Positions 1 through 9,326 are shown, numbered from the stretch's first letter. The stretch is 64,000 nucleotides of DNA from Flavobacteriales bacterium (GCA_017795025.1 CP051243.1:2316897-2380896), one strand, 5' to 3'. The notes: generated by a model from the sequence alone, not told the origin. Program-made: numbers and translations.

Positions 1-543
1 GGCGCCTTTAACGGACCTACCGCTATCAGCACCAATAACAATGGGGTAGCGAATGCGAGTTTCACCTACAGTAATAATCCGGCAAGCATTTTCGACTATA
101 CCTTCGATGCTTCGGCTAGCACCGGATCGGTACAAAATTATGTTTGGGACTTTGGTGATGGCACCGTAGGTAATGGCGTAAATTCTAGTCATACCTATGC
201 TAGCCCTGGCGCCTATACCGTAGAACTTATTTTGGTGAGTGATTGTGGCAACGACACCTTGGTACAAACCATTGCCGATGTAAGCAGCCTAGAATATAGT
301 ACCGAAGATTGGAGCGTTTATCCCAATCCTGCCCAAAACCAACTTTGGATAAGGATACCCTCCGAGCAAGATGCGCAAATAAGCTTGCGAGATGCCAGTG
401 GTCGTTTAATCCAAACCTGGGAACAGCATTTTGAAGCAAACCAAGATGCGCCATTTAGCCTTGAAGGATTAGCAGAAGGAGTTTACTTCCTCGAAATTCG
501 TGCGGATGGGAACGAATACCGGGAACGAATTCTGATTAAATAA
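1..543 (+). CDS. C-terminal part of a T9SS-secreted protein (PKD domain + type A C-terminal sorting domain), 5'-truncated by the window edge
   Basis: Frame 1 is open from base 1 (GAFNGPTAIS...YVWDFGDG...HTYASPGAYTVEL = PKD motif) and continues into ORF 232..543 with VYPNP...DASGRLI...GVYFLEI (T9SS type A CTD). Confidence 0.85.
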   Translation, partial: GAFNGPTAISTNNNGVANASFTYSNNPASIFDYTFDASASTGSVQNYVWDFGDGTVGNGVNSSHTYASPGAYTVELILVSDCGNDTLVQTIADVSSLEYSTEDWSVYPNPAQNQLWIRIPSEQDAQISLRDASGRLIQTWEQHFEANQDAPFSLEGLAEGVYFLEIRADGNEYRERILIK

Positions 544-562
544 ATTACAATGAATGTTTTGG

Positions 563-598
563 AAAGAAGCCACCTTTATACGGGTGGCTTCTTTTTTG
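563..598 (+). terminator. Intrinsic terminator
   Basis: AAAGAAGCCACC / GGTGGCTTCTTT stem followed by a T-run, 20 bp after the stop codon. Confidence 0.85.
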
Positions 599-644
599 AG
601 CAACGCTTTAAATTCAAATTCGTCTCAACACCTAAACCCCTACC

Positions 645-1400
645 ATGAAAAAAATTAGTCTTCACCTCCTTGTACTCTTTCTCCTTGTTTACCAAAGCGC
701 CTCTGCCCAGGAGCAGGAAGCCTATATAGAGGTTACCGGAAAAGCCGTACAAGAGATTGTCCCCGATGAGCTTTATCTCTCGATTGAGATCATCGAAGTT
801 CAGGATGGTAAAAACGAAAAAACGATTGAAAGTCAGGAGGCCCAGTTAAAGGAGATATTGGCCGAGCTAAACATCCCCTTAAAAAAGCTTCGGGTAACCG
901 GCTCGAATAGTCACCTGCGCTCCAGCGGTTGGTTTCAATCGGATGAAACCCATATCTATAAAGAATATGAACTTCTCCTTTCCACCGCCGAAACCATGCA
1001 AGCGGTTATAGAAAAGCTTGCGGCCATTGAAATTCTTGAGGTTCGTCTTGTTCGTATCAGCCATTCTCAATTACCGGAGCTAAAAGAACAACTCCGGGTT
1101 GAAGCCATCAAGGATGCCAAAGCAAAGGCCGACTATCTCTTAAATGCCTTAGGAAGCAAAACTGGAGCCCCCTTAATAGTGAGAGAGCTAGGTGATGCCG
1201 GAATCATTACTGGCGGCATGGTTAGTCAATACGGCAATGCTAATATCCGCGGCAGCCGGGGCTCAAACACCAATTATTTCATTGATGGAATCATGTATGA
1301 CCCCCCAGTCATCCAAACCAATCGCTTTCAGGCATTAGAATTCAACAACCTAAAAATCGGTGCTTCCCTATTTGTGCGATTTGCCATTGTAGGGCCCTAA
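645..1400 (+). CDS. SIMPL (DUF541) domain protein with signal peptide
   Basis: Signal peptide, IEVTGKA..EIVPDE N-terminus, A..DAKAKA..L..ALG...G.PL.V.E, and C-terminal V.FAI; all typical of SIMPL proteins. Confidence 0.8.
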   Translation: MKKISLHLLVLFLLVYQSASAQEQEAYIEVTGKAVQEIVPDELYLSIEIIEVQDGKNEKTIESQEAQLKEILAELNIPLKKLRVTGSNSHLRSSGWFQSDETHIYKEYELLLSTAETMQAVIEKLAAIEILEVRLVRISHSQLPELKEQLRVEAIKDAKAKADYLLNALGSKTGAPLIVRELGDAGIITGGMVSQYGNANIRGSRGSNTNYFIDGIMYDPPVIQTNRFQALEFNNLKIGASLFVRFAIVGP

Positions 1401-2089
1401 GCCCTTGCCAAGCTTAGCACCGAAAACCGACTGCCCTTGGCCTCTTGCATCACCTGTAAGCAAGCCTCTAAGGTGGCGCCGGTAGTTATCACATCGTCGA
1501 CCAATAAAACGTGTTGGTCTTGGAGGGCCTCGGGTCGACTAAGTGCAAATACCGCTTTTACCTGCTCCCAGCGGTTAAAGCGTTGTTCCCGGGTTTGGGA
1601 GTTTTTATAAACCTTGCGCTCCAAGGCATCCAAAACCAAAGGTTTATTAAGCACCTCAGCAATTCCTCTAGCAATGGCTTCCGCCTGATTGTAACCCCTT
1701 TTACGACGTTTTCGCGGATGCAAGGGCACGGGGACAATCAGATCAGGAGCGCTTAAAATAGGCGCCTCCCGCCATTCTTGGGCCAAGGTTTTCCCTAGCT
1801 GCCGCGCAAGGTCGGGACGATTTCGATATTTAAAGGCATGCATCAAATCTTGCACTAAGCCCCCTTTTTGAAAATGCAACCAAGAGGCGGCATACTCTAA
1901 AGGAAAGCGCCCCACAAAGCTGCGGTACACGGGGTTTTCTCTAAACTTCTCGAAATCGGTACGCGGAAGTTCCGACCAACAGCTGAGGCATAAATCACGT
2001 TCGGGGGCATAGAGCCGCTGACCACAGTTAAAACAGAGAGGAGGGAAAATAAAGTCGAGTACATCACGACCTAAAACTTGCCATTTCAT
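1397..2089 (-). CDS. comF: ComF-family phosphoribosyltransferase-like protein
   Basis: N-terminal CxxC...CxxC zinc ribbon, VPVPLH...RGYNQA, and the PRT motif VLLVDDVITTGATL. Confidence 0.9.
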   Translation of the reverse strand: MKWQVLGRDVLDFIFPPLCFNCGQRLYAPERDLCLSCWSELPRTDFEKFRENPVYRSFVGRFPLEYAASWLHFQKGGLVQDLMHAFKYRNRPDLARQLGKTLAQEWREAPILSAPDLIVPVPLHPRKRRKRGYNQAEAIARGIAEVLNKPLVLDALERKVYKNSQTREQRFNRWEQVKAVFALSRPEALQDQHVLLVDDVITTGATLEACLQVMQEAKGSRFSVLSLARA

Positions 2090-2157
2090 AAGATTTATTT
2101 CCTCGCAAGTACGTCCATGTGCAGTTCTAAAGCCTGCGCTTAAAAGCTTATAAATGC

Positions 2158-5100
2158 TTACAAAAATGCTTTTACCTGCACGTTTCCGGTGTGAATGGCA
2201 AAGCGGTCGGTACTAAACCGCCCATTGTAATTAAGGCTAATCACAATGTTCTTTAAAAAGGTCTTTTGCAGGGTAAGGCTTAATCCAATATTATCGCCCG
2301 GACGAAAGGCCTGTAGCATCTCGAAGGCCGCCGGGCTGTTCACATCGCCCTCAAAATCATTTCGAATGTAGGCCGCCGTACTTTGCAGGGCTATGCGCTC
2401 GGCAATATTGTAATTGAGCTCCATTCCAAACTCACGTGCATTAAGGGTGTTCTCGGCAGCCCCGGTGCTCTCTGCCAATCGCCATTCGGCAATTCCGCTT
2501 AAGGTGAGCTGCTGTCCCTGCTGGTAGGTGAGTTTTAATTCCTGCCCAAAACTCTCCGAATCAAAATTGCGTCGCGTAAAATTCCCCGAGCGATTCACTT
2601 TATTTTCCAAGCTTGCTTTATAGCGTAAAATAAAGGCAGTGCTAAAACCATAGCGCAAACCTAAGCGGTGGGCATTTACCCTCCGTTCCTCTATACCAAA
2701 ACTCAAAAGATTTCGATTCCCACTAATATTATTACTGTAGTCGGCCCCAAAGCCCTGCTCGGTACGATTGTAAAACACACTTTGCCTAAAAGTTTGATTT
2801 TGGGCCACCAGTAAACTATCGGCCTCCAAACGCCCAAAAGGATTAAGCTCATTTACCCGCCCTTGCAGCAAATTGCGACGTTCGGATTGAAAGGAGCTGA
2901 TCATCGACAGTTTAGTGAGCCATTTTTTAAAGCTATTGGAGGTGCTATTCCATGAGCGTGGCGCTTGTAATTGGAAGGTTTGTCCAAACTTCAAAATGCT
3001 GGTGCGCAGAAACTCCAAGTTCGGACTAAACACCCGCACAAAGGTGGCTAGGTCGGGCGTAGGGGCGATTTCAAATTCGTCGAGTTCGCGAATGCCATTC
3101 CCATTATAGTCAACGTGCGTATGAGTTCCCGTTCCGGCCGGTACTTCCACAAAGGTAAAACTGCGTCGAGGCTCGGTTCCGGCGCCACTTTCGTAGAAGG
3201 TTTGACTGTATAAGCTGCGATCCCAAAAGTGCTGCTGATAATTGAAGCGACTGGTTAAACTGCGTTGCAGGGCCAATTCCTCAGGCTGTAAAATTTGGAG
3301 GTTTCGATAATAGACTGCAGCGCTAAAGCGGCCATTACCGGGCGTAATCCAGGTGCCCCGACCAAAATAGGTATAGGCCTGCGTAAAGGGTTGCAAGTCC
3401 TTTACCCGCACCGAATCGTCGAAACGCTGCAAGAAACCCAATTCCAAAAAGCTGCGATTCGTATCGCCAAAACCCTGAAAAACTTGGTACTCGAAAAAGG
3501 AATAGGAGTTAGCCGCCAAACTATCCGCGCTAAGCGATTTTAAGTTCCACTCCCCTACTGACCTAAGGCCCAACCAAGCTTGGGGTAGCCAATAGAATTT
3601 TTGCTGGAGGCTTTCGCGCCAAAACCGTTCCTGCAAGCCCATGCCTTCGGTTTGGGTTAAACTCAAGTTCAGGCTCCCTTGCCAGGTACTATCTTGCCAA
3701 TTAGCTTCTGCCGACTGTCGCCAGCCGCTGCGTAGGGAACTATTCATTAATTCCGTGCTGGTGGCCAAATGCAAAGAATCCCGATGATAGCCAAACACCA
3801 ACTTCCCATATTGGAGGGCTTCTTGATAATTGAGCGGTAAGTTCCAATCGCGGGCAAATTCCACCGCATAAATTCGCTCTACGGTTGTAAAGCCAGCATC
3901 ATTAAACTGGTACAAGGCATTAAAATCGCCTTTGCCCTTTTTAAACTGCGGTTGCCAGCGGTATTGCAACTTCCCGGCATAGCCATCGTCGTTAGCCTGG
4001 TCGCGATCCGAAAATAAGTTTAGGTGATTATTACTGGCCGAGAGCTCGGTACGTAAAAGATGCTGCTTTTGCGAACCCCAAGAACCCGCGGTTTGCCAGT
4101 TTAAAATTTGCAGTCGGTTGGGGGCCACCAAAGTTTTAACCGGAGCATAGGAACCCTGGGAAACTCCTCCTTGGGGGGCTAACCACTCGAACACCCGGCC
4201 GTTGGCATTACTTGATATTAAGCGGTAATCTCCCTTTCCAGCGCCCACAAAAGCAAAGCTCGCATTGTACAAATTGGCGGTGCTATCGGTGCTAAAAACC
4301 AAAACCGAATCATATCCCAAGCTATCCACCAAGCGGTACTGTATTAAGCCCGGATTGTAAGCGGAGGGGTTAATGGTAGAGGCAAAGGCATCCTCCAAAT
4401 TATCGCCGGCCGCGGCCAAGATGGATTTCTCGGCATCACTTAATTCGGTGGCCAGGGGCTGGTCCTTACTATCCTGCTCGGTATAGTATTGCACCCGGGT
4501 TTGCCAATTCTTCTTGCGGGCCGAAGCCTCCCCGTAAAAAACCGAACGCAGGTAGTTTTGCTCCGTATATTGAAACTCCACTACAATCCGCTTATCGCGC
4601 GTAATCGGTTGCAAAGCCGTGAAGGTAATTTCCCCCGCATTATAATCGATGATATAGTCGTATTCCTGCCCCCGTTTTTGCAAGATGCCATCAATGTACA
4701 CCCGCTCCGAACCCGAGACGATAATGATAAACTGCTCCCCGTTATTACCACGCAATTTATAGGGACCTTGATTGCCCTCGCTTCCTTGAAAACGATTTCG
4801 CGCAAAGCGACCGCGCGCTAAACCTCCTTCTAACTGCAGGCGGTAGGGCTTTGGACTTTCGGCGGTGGCTTCGGAGCTAAGCAGACCGCCACCCGAAATA
4901 CGCTTCTCGAAGTTTAGGAAGGTACTACGCTGGGGACGGATATTGTAATCGCCCGCGCGCAACATCCCAAAATCCGGATTTTCGAGCTCCAGGTAAACCC
5001 GATCAAAATCCCGCAATTGCTGGGTATAACCCTCTGCTTGCACCGGCACCGTGTTATCCGAAATACTGGCTCTAATACGGGTATTATCGCCCAGCTCGCC

Positions 5101-5607
5101 ACTAAGCTGTAGGTTTAAGGAAGAGTTTAAAACGGCATCCTGATTATTTCCTACCGCTATGCTGCGGCTAAGGGAGCCCTGGGAGTATAAGGCTTGAAAA
5201 GGATCAAAGCGAGAGGAAGATTCTAGGCTGTATAATTCTTGATTTTCCAAGACGGCATTGCGACGTTCTTCGGGTAGGATTAAAAGGGTATCGCGCAAAG
5301 CGAAATAGGCGGGAGGTACAAAGCGAATGCTTTGAAAACGTACAACAAGGCTGTCCTTTAAAGCAGGCTCAAAAAGAAGATAGGATGGATTTCCGCCCCG
5401 AAACTGGTAATTCGGGAAGAGCGTATCACCGCTAAGGCTAAAAAACTGGAGGCTCTCGCGCAGCACCGGCAAGCTACCCAAAGCAATGGAGTCGGTAGGA
5501 GGCACTAGCAATTCCTGCCCCTGAGCCCGCAGGAATGGGCCGGCACTTAGCAGCAACAGGAAAGCGAAAATCTGTACTCGGGCGCGGATAAAGCTGTTAT
5601 TTTGCAA
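2158..5607 (-). CDS. Large conserved Bacteroidota outer-membrane (beta-barrel-like) protein, function unknown
   Basis: 1149 aa with a signal peptide, alternating beta-strand pattern in the C-terminal half and terminal Phe-Leu; the GSLSRSIAVGNNQ...LQLSG...NQGPYKL segment resembles a family I recall from Flavobacteria. Confidence 0.6.
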   Translation of the reverse strand: MQNNSFIRARVQIFAFLLLLSAGPFLRAQGQELLVPPTDSIALGSLPVLRESLQFFSLSGDTLFPNYQFRGGNPSYLLFEPALKDSLVVRFQSIRFVPPAYFALRDTLLILPEERRNAVLENQELYSLESSSRFDPFQALYSQGSLSRSIAVGNNQDAVLNSSLNLQLSGELGDNTRIRASISDNTVPVQAEGYTQQLRDFDRVYLELENPDFGMLRAGDYNIRPQRSTFLNFEKRISGGGLLSSEATAESPKPYRLQLEGGLARGRFARNRFQGSEGNQGPYKLRGNNGEQFIIIVSGSERVYIDGILQKRGQEYDYIIDYNAGEITFTALQPITRDKRIVVEFQYTEQNYLRSVFYGEASARKKNWQTRVQYYTEQDSKDQPLATELSDAEKSILAAAGDNLEDAFASTINPSAYNPGLIQYRLVDSLGYDSVLVFSTDSTANLYNASFAFVGAGKGDYRLISSNANGRVFEWLAPQGGVSQGSYAPVKTLVAPNRLQILNWQTAGSWGSQKQHLLRTELSASNNHLNLFSDRDQANDDGYAGKLQYRWQPQFKKGKGDFNALYQFNDAGFTTVERIYAVEFARDWNLPLNYQEALQYGKLVFGYHRDSLHLATSTELMNSSLRSGWRQSAEANWQDSTWQGSLNLSLTQTEGMGLQERFWRESLQQKFYWLPQAWLGLRSVGEWNLKSLSADSLAANSYSFFEYQVFQGFGDTNRSFLELGFLQRFDDSVRVKDLQPFTQAYTYFGRGTWITPGNGRFSAAVYYRNLQILQPEELALQRSLTSRFNYQQHFWDRSLYSQTFYESGAGTEPRRSFTFVEVPAGTGTHTHVDYNGNGIRELDEFEIAPTPDLATFVRVFSPNLEFLRTSILKFGQTFQLQAPRSWNSTSNSFKKWLTKLSMISSFQSERRNLLQGRVNELNPFGRLEADSLLVAQNQTFRQSVFYNRTEQGFGADYSNNISGNRNLLSFGIEERRVNAHRLGLRYGFSTAFILRYKASLENKVNRSGNFTRRNFDSESFGQELKLTYQQGQQLTLSGIAEWRLAESTGAAENTLNAREFGMELNYNIAERIALQSTAAYIRNDFEGDVNSPAAFEMLQAFRPGDNIGLSLTLQKTFLKNIVISLNYNGRFSTDRFAIHTGNVQVKAFL

Positions 5608-5640
5608 GGACTAACGACAAAAATGCATAAATAAGGTTTC

Positions 5641-6405
5641 ATGAAGATTTATTCTTACAACCTCAATGGTATACGCTCCGCTTTGCGCAAAGGTTTAACT
5701 GATTGGTTAAAAGAGGCGAATCCCGATGTTTTACTGATTCAAGAAACCAAGGCCCAAGAGGAGCAAATTGAGGATTCGGAATTTGAAAACCTGGGTTACT
5801 ACTGCTATTGGCATAGTGCCGAAAAGAAAGGCTACAGTGGCGTAGGCATTCTTAGTAAGGTAAAGCCCGACCATGTAGAGATCGGCTGTGGCATCGACTA
5901 TATCGACCAGGAAGGTCGTATCCTAAGGGCCGATTTTGGGGACTTAAGCATTATGAGTGTTTATGTACCGAGCGGCAGTAGCGGCGATGTACGTCAGGAA
6001 ATTAAAATGCAGTTCCTGGCCGACTTCCAAAGCTATATAAAGGAATTGCTTAAAGAACGTCCCCATTTAATTATCGGTGGCGATTTTAATATCTGTCATA
6101 CCGAGATTGACATCCACAACCCCAAGAACAATAAAAACACCTCGGGATTTTTACCAGAAGAACGGGAATGGGTAAGCGGCTTTTTAGCCGATGGCTTTAT
6201 CGACAGCTTTAGAGCGGTGCATGGCCCCGAAACCGATCGCTACTCTTGGTGGAGCTTTAGAGCGAATGCCCGCAACAATAACAAAGGCTGGCGTATCGAT
6301 TACCAAATGGCCAGTGAAGGGCTAAAGGATCGCATTAAGGATGCTGAAATTTGGCCCGATGCCAAGCATAGCGACCATTGTCCGGTAAGTATTGAAATTA
6401 GCTAA
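5641..6405 (+). CDS. xth: Exodeoxyribonuclease III (AP endonuclease)
   Basis: NLNGIRS, IQETK, GYSGV, GGDFN, YSWWSFR, GWRIDY and SDHCP motifs. Confidence 0.95.
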   Translation: MKIYSYNLNGIRSALRKGLTDWLKEANPDVLLIQETKAQEEQIEDSEFENLGYYCYWHSAEKKGYSGVGILSKVKPDHVEIGCGIDYIDQEGRILRADFGDLSIMSVYVPSGSSGDVRQEIKMQFLADFQSYIKELLKERPHLIIGGDFNICHTEIDIHNPKNNKNTSGFLPEEREWVSGFLADGFIDSFRAVHGPETDRYSWWSFRANARNNNKGWRIDYQMASEGLKDRIKDAEIWPDAKHSDHCPVSIEIS

Positions 6406-7180
6406 GGGTAAAGGAATCACGGTCCTTTAGAAAGGCAAACTTCTCGCGTAGGCGTTTAAGCTGAGAGTAGTAAAGCTCCACCACCTCTACCGATTCCATA
6501 TGCGGCTCGGTTTCGGAGAGCTTGGTTCCCATGGGATCGTAAATAGCCGAATCGCCAGAATGATAAATGCCATTGCCATCCTCGCCCACGCGATTTAGGC
6601 CCGCCAGGTAACATTGGTTTTCAATGGCGCGCGCCTTAAGAAGGGCCATCCAAGCTTCGGAACGACGCTCGGGCCAATTGGCGACGAAAAACTGCAAATC
6701 AAAATCCTCGGTATTGCGACACCAAACCGGAAAGCGCAGGTCATAGCATATTTGAGGATTAATTCGCCAACCCTTGTATTCGAGGACCAGTCTTTCGCTG
6801 CCCCCGCTGTACACATTTTGCTCGCCGGCCAAGGTGAATAAATGCCGCTTATCGTATTGTTTAAAATCCCCGTTGGGGCACACAAAGTAAAGGCGGTTGT
6901 AATAGGATTCATTCTCCTTTACCATCACCGAGCCACTAAAAGCGCAATTGTATTGGGCGGCTTGTTCCTTTAACCACTTTAAGGTCTCCCCACCCGCGGC
7001 TTCGGCTAAATCCTTGGCATGCATGGTAAAGCCCGTGGTAAACATCTCGGGTAAGAGTATTAAATCGGCGGGCTCCGATTTGGCGATAAGCTTAGCCAGG
7101 TGACGACGATTGGCCCCAGGCTCCTCCCAAACTAAGGGCGTTTGAATCATACCTAAGCGAAATAATTCGACTGCTTCCAC
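6398..7180 (-). CDS. Carbon-nitrogen hydrolase (nitrilase family, YafV/omega-amidase-like)
   Basis: Catalytic triad motifs LPEMF, YDKRHLF and ICYDLRFP; ARAIENQ. Confidence 0.9.
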   Translation of the reverse strand: MEAVELFRLGMIQTPLVWEEPGANRRHLAKLIAKSEPADLILLPEMFTTGFTMHAKDLAEAAGGETLKWLKEQAAQYNCAFSGSVMVKENESYYNRLYFVCPNGDFKQYDKRHLFTLAGEQNVYSGGSERLVLEYKGWRINPQICYDLRFPVWCRNTEDFDLQFFVANWPERRSEAWMALLKARAIENQCYLAGLNRVGEDGNGIYHSGDSAIYDPMGTKLSETEPHMESVEVVELYYSQLKRLREKFAFLKDRDSFTLS

Positions 7181-7204
7181 GATTTAATTTTAGGGGGTGT
7201 TTCG

Positions 7205-7212
7205 CAAATCTA
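7205..7212 (-). promoter_or_regulatory. Bacteroidota -7 promoter element (TAGATTTG) for the amidase gene
   Basis: Exact TAnnTTTG match on the minus strand, 25 bp upstream of the ORF start at 7180. Confidence 0.55.
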
Positions 7213-7250
7213 CAGATTTCGAGCAACGGTCATCAGATTCGATGAAGGGA

Positions 7251-7281
7251 TTTGGAGCACCGAAAAAAATGCGTACTTTTG
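7251..7281 (+). promoter_or_regulatory. Bacteroidota housekeeping promoter (TTTG-N19-TACTTTTG)
   Basis: TTTG at 7251-7254 and TACTTTTG at 7274-7281 with a 19-bp spacer match the -33/-7 consensus. Confidence 0.75.
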
Positions 7282-7287
7282 AAGGGA

Positions 7288-7365
7288 AGAGCACACGAAG
7301 TTTTTTCATTTTTATGTTTTAGTTTTCGTTGAAAGCCGTTCGTTAACCGCGAACGGCTTTTTTTT
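7288..7365 (+). ncRNA. Candidate small RNA (~78 nt)
   Basis: Consensus promoter directly upstream and a strong terminator (AAAGCCGTTCG/CGAACGGCTTT + T-run, 7332-7365); the only ATG inside gives Met-Phe-stop. Confidence 0.55.
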
Positions 7366-7484
7366 GTAATTCACTATGAAATGTTAAAAAAAGTTGTAGA
7401 TTAGTCTCAACTTAACAGGGTTCTTCATTTTATAGGGAAATAGGGTTAGTAATCTACAGATTCCAAACACTGTTAAGGTATTTT

Positions 7485-7517
7485 AAAGCGGGAGTTGCAG
7501 AGTCTCCCGCTTTTTTT
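7485..7517 (+). terminator. Intrinsic terminator (second in this intergenic region; possibly bidirectional)
   Basis: AAAGCGGGAG / CTCCCGCTTT stem plus T-run. Confidence 0.8.
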
Positions 7518-7538
7518 GTGCCCTAATTTTGGCTCGAC

Positions 7539-9167
7539 TTAAAACTCGCGTCGGCGTACCTCCTCTAAATTTCCATGCATTTCACGAACTAAATCCTTTG
7601 CTTCGGGATGGTAGGTCCACACATTATCAAAAGCGGCAATCACCTCTTCATTCGCTTGATCACTAATTACTAAACTGTGGAACTGAGTGCCATTATTATG
7701 CTGCTGTTTTTCCATGCCCGACTGCAAATCTTCACTTAGGCGGTACATAATAAAGTCGCTAATTACCAATACATCCGCATCTTTATAATGATGCGTTTCC
7801 AATTGCTGTAAGGCCTCACTAAGGGCTAAAGAAATATCGGTTCCTCCGTGAAAGGAGCCTTGTAAAAAGCCCGCCACCTCATCAATGCTATCCACCAAAT
7901 TGAGCAAATCGATGGTGTGAATGCCACTGCTGAAATTAATGAGATAGGCGCGACGCTGATCGGCCGCAGCCATTTTTAAAATCCCAAAGCACAGCACCTT
8001 GGCAATGCGTTCGGGCTCCCCTTCCATACTCCCACTGGTATCCACACAAATAATAAAAGGACCCTTCTCCTTCTTCTTTACTCGCTGATAGGATTCGAAA
8101 TATATTTTGTCGCTTTTAACCAGTCTTTGGTCTTCAAAATGATTGACCTGTAACTGCTCATCTGCAAAGCGTTTTAAAAACTGCCATTCGGTATCACCGC
8201 CAAAAAGGGCTACTTCGGAAGGAAGTAAGTGGTTCAAATCCTTACCGGCCCGGGTACCTACAATTTCGGAACGTAGGTTCGGATCGCGCAGCCACTCTTT
8301 AAAAACCTTGGTCCGTTCATAGCTCACTTCCTCCGTTTCAATTTCGGCTTGTCGCAAGCGACCCAATAGATCGGCTAGCTTGCGCAGTTCGTCCTCCTTT
8401 TTTAAAAGCGCATCATATTGCTCCACCAGATCGAGAGTAGCATCTTTCCAAAGCGCCCGCGATAAATCCCAATACTTCGAAACATGATCGGTAAAGGGCT
8501 TAATTAAACTGCTCAATTTTTGGAACTCCTGCACCTTGGCGCGCAACTTCTCCTGATAGCTCTGCTTTTCTTGCTTCAATTTCGACATCTGGTAATCGAG
8601 AATCTTAGCCTGCAGGCGAGCGTCCCATTGCGCTAGTAAATCGCTGTAAATGCGCTCAGCCTGCGCAATATCATCTTCCGTAAGGGCCTCGTAGTCCTTG
8701 GTTCCGAGGTAGTGTTTAAACTTTTGAGCGTGAAAAGAAGCATCAATCTCCTCCTTGGGGTAAAAGGACTCCACCTTCCGAATCAGGAAGTTCCAGGATT
8801 TGCTGAACTGACGCATATGCCGCACCCCCCAGGACTCTAGTTCTTGCTGTTCCTCTTCAAAAGGGTGTTTTTGCGCCAGCTTTCCATAGGTTTTCCGAAA
8901 CCAATTAAGGGTATCGGCCAAAACTTGCGCGCCTAAAACTTCGTGTTTCCGAGCAACCCTTTGCAGGTCTTCATCGTCAAAAAGATCGTGCAGGGCCGAT
9001 TGAAAGTACCGAAAGTAATCGCTCTGCAAATCTTCATCGGGTTCTGCTCCGGTAAGTTTAGATCGTAAATAAGCCACGAAATAACGCCGCGTGGCCCGGT
9101 CCATTACCGGAGCGAATTCGATAAAGCGCTCATACTCTTGCTCGAGCTTCGATAGTTTATCCTTCAT
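7539..9167 (-). CDS. ViaA-like VWA-domain protein
   Basis: GPFIICVDTSGSM MIDAS motif, LLPSE..L, F.GGTD and VISDF; the layout matches ViaA/YieM. Confidence 0.75.
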   Translation of the reverse strand: MKDKLSKLEQEYERFIEFAPVMDRATRRYFVAYLRSKLTGAEPDEDLQSDYFRYFQSALHDLFDDEDLQRVARKHEVLGAQVLADTLNWFRKTYGKLAQKHPFEEEQQELESWGVRHMRQFSKSWNFLIRKVESFYPKEEIDASFHAQKFKHYLGTKDYEALTEDDIAQAERIYSDLLAQWDARLQAKILDYQMSKLKQEKQSYQEKLRAKVQEFQKLSSLIKPFTDHVSKYWDLSRALWKDATLDLVEQYDALLKKEDELRKLADLLGRLRQAEIETEEVSYERTKVFKEWLRDPNLRSEIVGTRAGKDLNHLLPSEVALFGGDTEWQFLKRFADEQLQVNHFEDQRLVKSDKIYFESYQRVKKKEKGPFIICVDTSGSMEGEPERIAKVLCFGILKMAAADQRRAYLINFSSGIHTIDLLNLVDSIDEVAGFLQGSFHGGTDISLALSEALQQLETHHYKDADVLVISDFIMYRLSEDLQSGMEKQQHNNGTQFHSLVISDQANEEVIAAFDNVWTYHPEAKDLVREMHGNLEEVRRREF

Positions 9168-9294
9168 ATTCTATCTAACCCTAAAAGCGCTAATAGGTTT
9201 TGCCTTTCGGCAGATGCTTTATGCAAGAAAAAATTGATTAAAAACCTGATAAATACCCTTGCTGCACTTCTCCTCAAAGTCTACTTTCGCGCCA

Positions 9295-9317
9295 TTATTT
9301 AAAATTAGTCTAAATAA
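9295..9317 (+). promoter_or_regulatory. Palindromic operator upstream of the TonB-dependent receptor (putative iron-responsive repressor site)
   Basis: TTATTTA-AAATTAGTC-TAAATAA has a perfect 7-bp inverted repeat and lies between a -7-like TACTTTCG (9282-9289) and the ATG. Confidence 0.5.
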
Positions 9318-9326
9318 ATAATCAAC

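Noticed and set aside
7393-7404. TTGTAGAT resembling the 3' end of Cas12a repeats
   Set aside because: Only 8 bp match, there is no array or cas gene, and it is better explained by local pairing or a promoter-like element.
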